The notes under the pieces were generated by a model. The model did no database searches. It was not told the DNA's origin and was given only the letters and a program-made list of their open reading frames with translations. This document shows positions 61,577-64,000 of a DNA stretch of 64,000 bases, piece after piece. Each line of letters begins with the position of its first letter. Positions within the stretch are counted from its first letter, which is position 1. The translations under genes were made by a program, and so were the position numbers. The DNA lies in assembly GCF_902459465.1 (NCBI RefSeq), contig NC_047064.1, positions 6,572,001-6,636,000 of the forward strand, written 5' to 3'. The DNA comes from Asterias rubens (Eukaryota).

Positions 61577-61860
61577 AGATAGATAGATAGATAGATAAAA
61601 ATGGTTTATTAAAAAAAAAACTGTCCTCGCAGCACAAAGGCTGAATTACAACAATTTTACATAAATCTAATAAAACAAAAAAATAGTTAAGCCACTCCCC
61701 CAAATTCACGCATTGAAAATTGCACATTGAAATTGAATCAACTTTACTCAGAAAATGGTGTGACAATACAATAAAACAACAGACAGGATTGAAAATGTTA
61801 CAATCAAGAAAAACAAGCAAAAGACCAAGCAAAATCTGAACATCAATTTATAAGTCTTCT
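61577..61860 (-). mobile_element. Probable LINE 3' UTR with (TATC)5 tail
   Basis: Minus strand ...gtaattcagcctttgtgctgcgagg...AATAAA followed by TATC repeats; extent uncertain. Confidence 0.4.
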
Positions 61861-62444
61861 GTGCAATATTTACATCCTGAAAGTTCTCCAATGATAATCA
61901 TTATGATATAATAACAACAAAATATATGGTTTTTTCTCGCATGTTTCGGACAGCACTGAGCCTGTTTGCTTAGACAAAACCCAGAAGATAACGACAAATC
62001 ATATGATTTGTTTTCTTGTTTTCTTCTTTTCTCGTAAGTAAAAAAGTTGTTGGTGTTTGTATTTTGAAATCTTCTATGTATAGTATTTACATATTTTAAT
62101 TCATTTGCTGATTATCATAAGATTTAATAAACATTTTTTTCCCGCTTATTTCAGAAAGCAATGAGCATACAAGGCTATAATAGCACATGTTGGGTAAATC
62201 ACTTCAATGATAAATATTATCATCTACAGGAATTATGTACATGTTTTACAATTCTTCCATGCAATATTCATATCCCAACTTCCTTCGCTGATTATTATAT
62301 TTCACCTTCATACAAAATCAAGCACCCATGCCTTCTTGAGAAAAAAAACATCATTGCTGTCGCGCACTCAAGATCACAATGCATTATTCATTGACAGTTT
62401 CTACTGTTATTTATAACAAGTGGTATTATTTATCCCCCGTGTAG

Positions 62445-62512
62445 ATCCACCGGTGCGAGTCTACGTCCAAATTTACATTGAAAGTATAGACGGCATCAAG
62501 GAGACTACTATG
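62445..62512 (+). CDS. Glycine-receptor-like Cys-loop ion channel subunit, exon 3 (gene continues beyond window)
   Basis: Acceptor tatcccccgtgtAG; 68 nt reading (D)PPVRVYVQIYIESIDGIKETTM, then GTAGGT. Resembles vertebrate GlyR alpha GPPVNVxCNIFINSFGSIAETTM in length and phase. Confidence 0.9.
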
Positions 62513-62765
62513 GTAGGTAACACGGGGGTGGAGGGGGGGGGGTAAATTCACCAAACCCGGGGTTTGCTAACCTGTAAACTTCTGCTTAGCATCAAAACTG
62601 TTGATATGAAACGCAAGGGGAGCTTATGAGCAAGAATAATGCTGCTCATTATTTGCTTACGACCTATAGAATCAGGACGATGTGCGCCTATGAAAGCAGT
62701 GCCTAAACATGGGTGCATGCCTGCCCTCATAAAGATGTCTCCCCCTCCCTTCCCGTCACACCAGC

Positions 62766-63004
62766 CAGGGCCCAATTTCCTAGAGCTGCCAAGCACAACA
62801 ATTTTGCTAAGCATGAATTTTCTTCCTTGATAAAAACAGGATTACCAACCAAATTTCCATTTATTGCATATTGCTTAATACTAGTATTCAGCTGCTGTTT
62901 GTTCACTCTGAAAACCACGTGGCAATTTGGTTGGTTATCCTGTATTTATCAAGAAGAAAATTTCATGCTAAGCAAATTGTTGTTCTCTCTGAAATTGGGC
63001 CCAG
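62766..63004. mobile_element. Palindromic MITE (Harbinger-like ends)
   Basis: Ends cagggcccaatttc / gaaattgggcccag; arms of ~90 bp pair imperfectly. Confidence 0.75.
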
Positions 63005-63505
63005 GTCTGTAGTCCGGTGCTATGAATAATGTTATTGGCAGTCGACACTAGAAAAGTGCTTAAATATCAACTTGATCAGTTTAATTCAACTCGAATTTTG
63101 CAAACTAATTAATTAGTATAGCGACAATGCATTAAATCCATAAACACGGATCTTCTGTCAGAGGTTTAAGGAAGATATCGGAGTTTATTGCCTGCTCAGC
63201 ACAAAGCAGACTGCCTTATATTTTGAGCATCATCTTCAGAAAGAACACGGTGATGTAAATACATACTATCATTGACTTGCCCTGCTACACGGTGTTAGTT
63301 GCTCTGCTCTAGTTTACACAGCAGTATACGTGACATTGCCTGGACAACATATCATAGTCGCTTAATATTGTCACATCTCATTAAAATGATATATATTATA
63401 TCGTTTCCAATCAAGATTCAATCAGGGCTGATTTATGTATTATGAAGGAAAGGGTTGTACTTAATTTCCCGTGAAAAAGAGTAAACTATTTCAAATGGGT
63501 CTTAA

Positions 63506-63865
63506 ATGCACTGGAAATCTTTGGTAACTGTCAAGAACCATCAGTCTTCCCCCTATCCCAGCATAATCAGAAAACAAATCTATAAAAATTAGGTCTCAAT
63601 TGCTCATCAAAGTTGCAAGGAAAAAAATGAAAGAAAAACGCCCTTGCTACACATTTGTGTGTTTTTAGATGCAAAACAAAAGGCTTACGGCCTGAATGTC
63701 TTTTTATTTTTTTATTTTTTATTAATTACCTTTTCTCACAAACTACGCTACTTCAGAGGGAGCCGTTTCCCACAATGTTCTATTAACAGCTCTCCAATGC
63801 TTGTTACCAAGTAAGTTTTTATGCTTACAATTGTTGTGACTAATTGTCAATAGTGTCCAGTGCCT
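63506..63865. mobile_element. Family-1 MITE (diverged)
   Basis: TTAA on both sides; ends tagtgtccagtgcct. Confidence 0.75.
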
Positions 63866-64000
63866 TTAACGAAACAGGGCTTAACGAAACAATCCAAGCT
63901 TGTCTCCGGCTTTGGCTACACGAAATGGTGACGTAATCAGAAAAGAGAAGTCAGCTTTATGGTTGGAATTTAGTTTATAAAGACTAATTTCATGGTTCAG

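Noticed and set aside
62513-64000. Exon 4 of the channel gene
   Set aside because: No acceptor followed by a DYxxxxxLRQxWxDPRL-like frame was found; it probably lies beyond the window.

Overview
AT-rich eukaryotic (animal) DNA, most likely an echinoderm such as a sea star; this is inferred from the GPCR type and repeat style, not verified. There are no operons, rRNA or CRISPR arrays. (1) 1.8-38.5 kb is a head-to-tail, minus-strand array of 16 single-coding-exon class A (rhodopsin-like), chemoreceptor-like GPCR loci: 8 intact ORFs of 331-332 aa in 4 sequence types, 1 frameshifted copy, 5 copies of an internally deleted pseudogene and 2 TM7-tail fragments. They are arranged in nested ~2.7-2.8, ~5.3 and ~24.4 kb repeat periods, with visible crossover scars and mosaic genes. 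(2) 39-50 kb is intergenic DNA dense in TTAA-flanked MITEs and long hairpins, with a strong CTCF-like motif. (3) 50.8-64 kb holds exons 1-3 of a plus-strand glycine-receptor-like Cys-loop channel gene that the ORF track does not show. Its introns carry SINE/LINE/MITE insertions, including a 732-bp TSD-flanked RTE derivative whose 5' end folds into an HDV-like ribozyme pseudoknot. All alignments and folds were done by eye.
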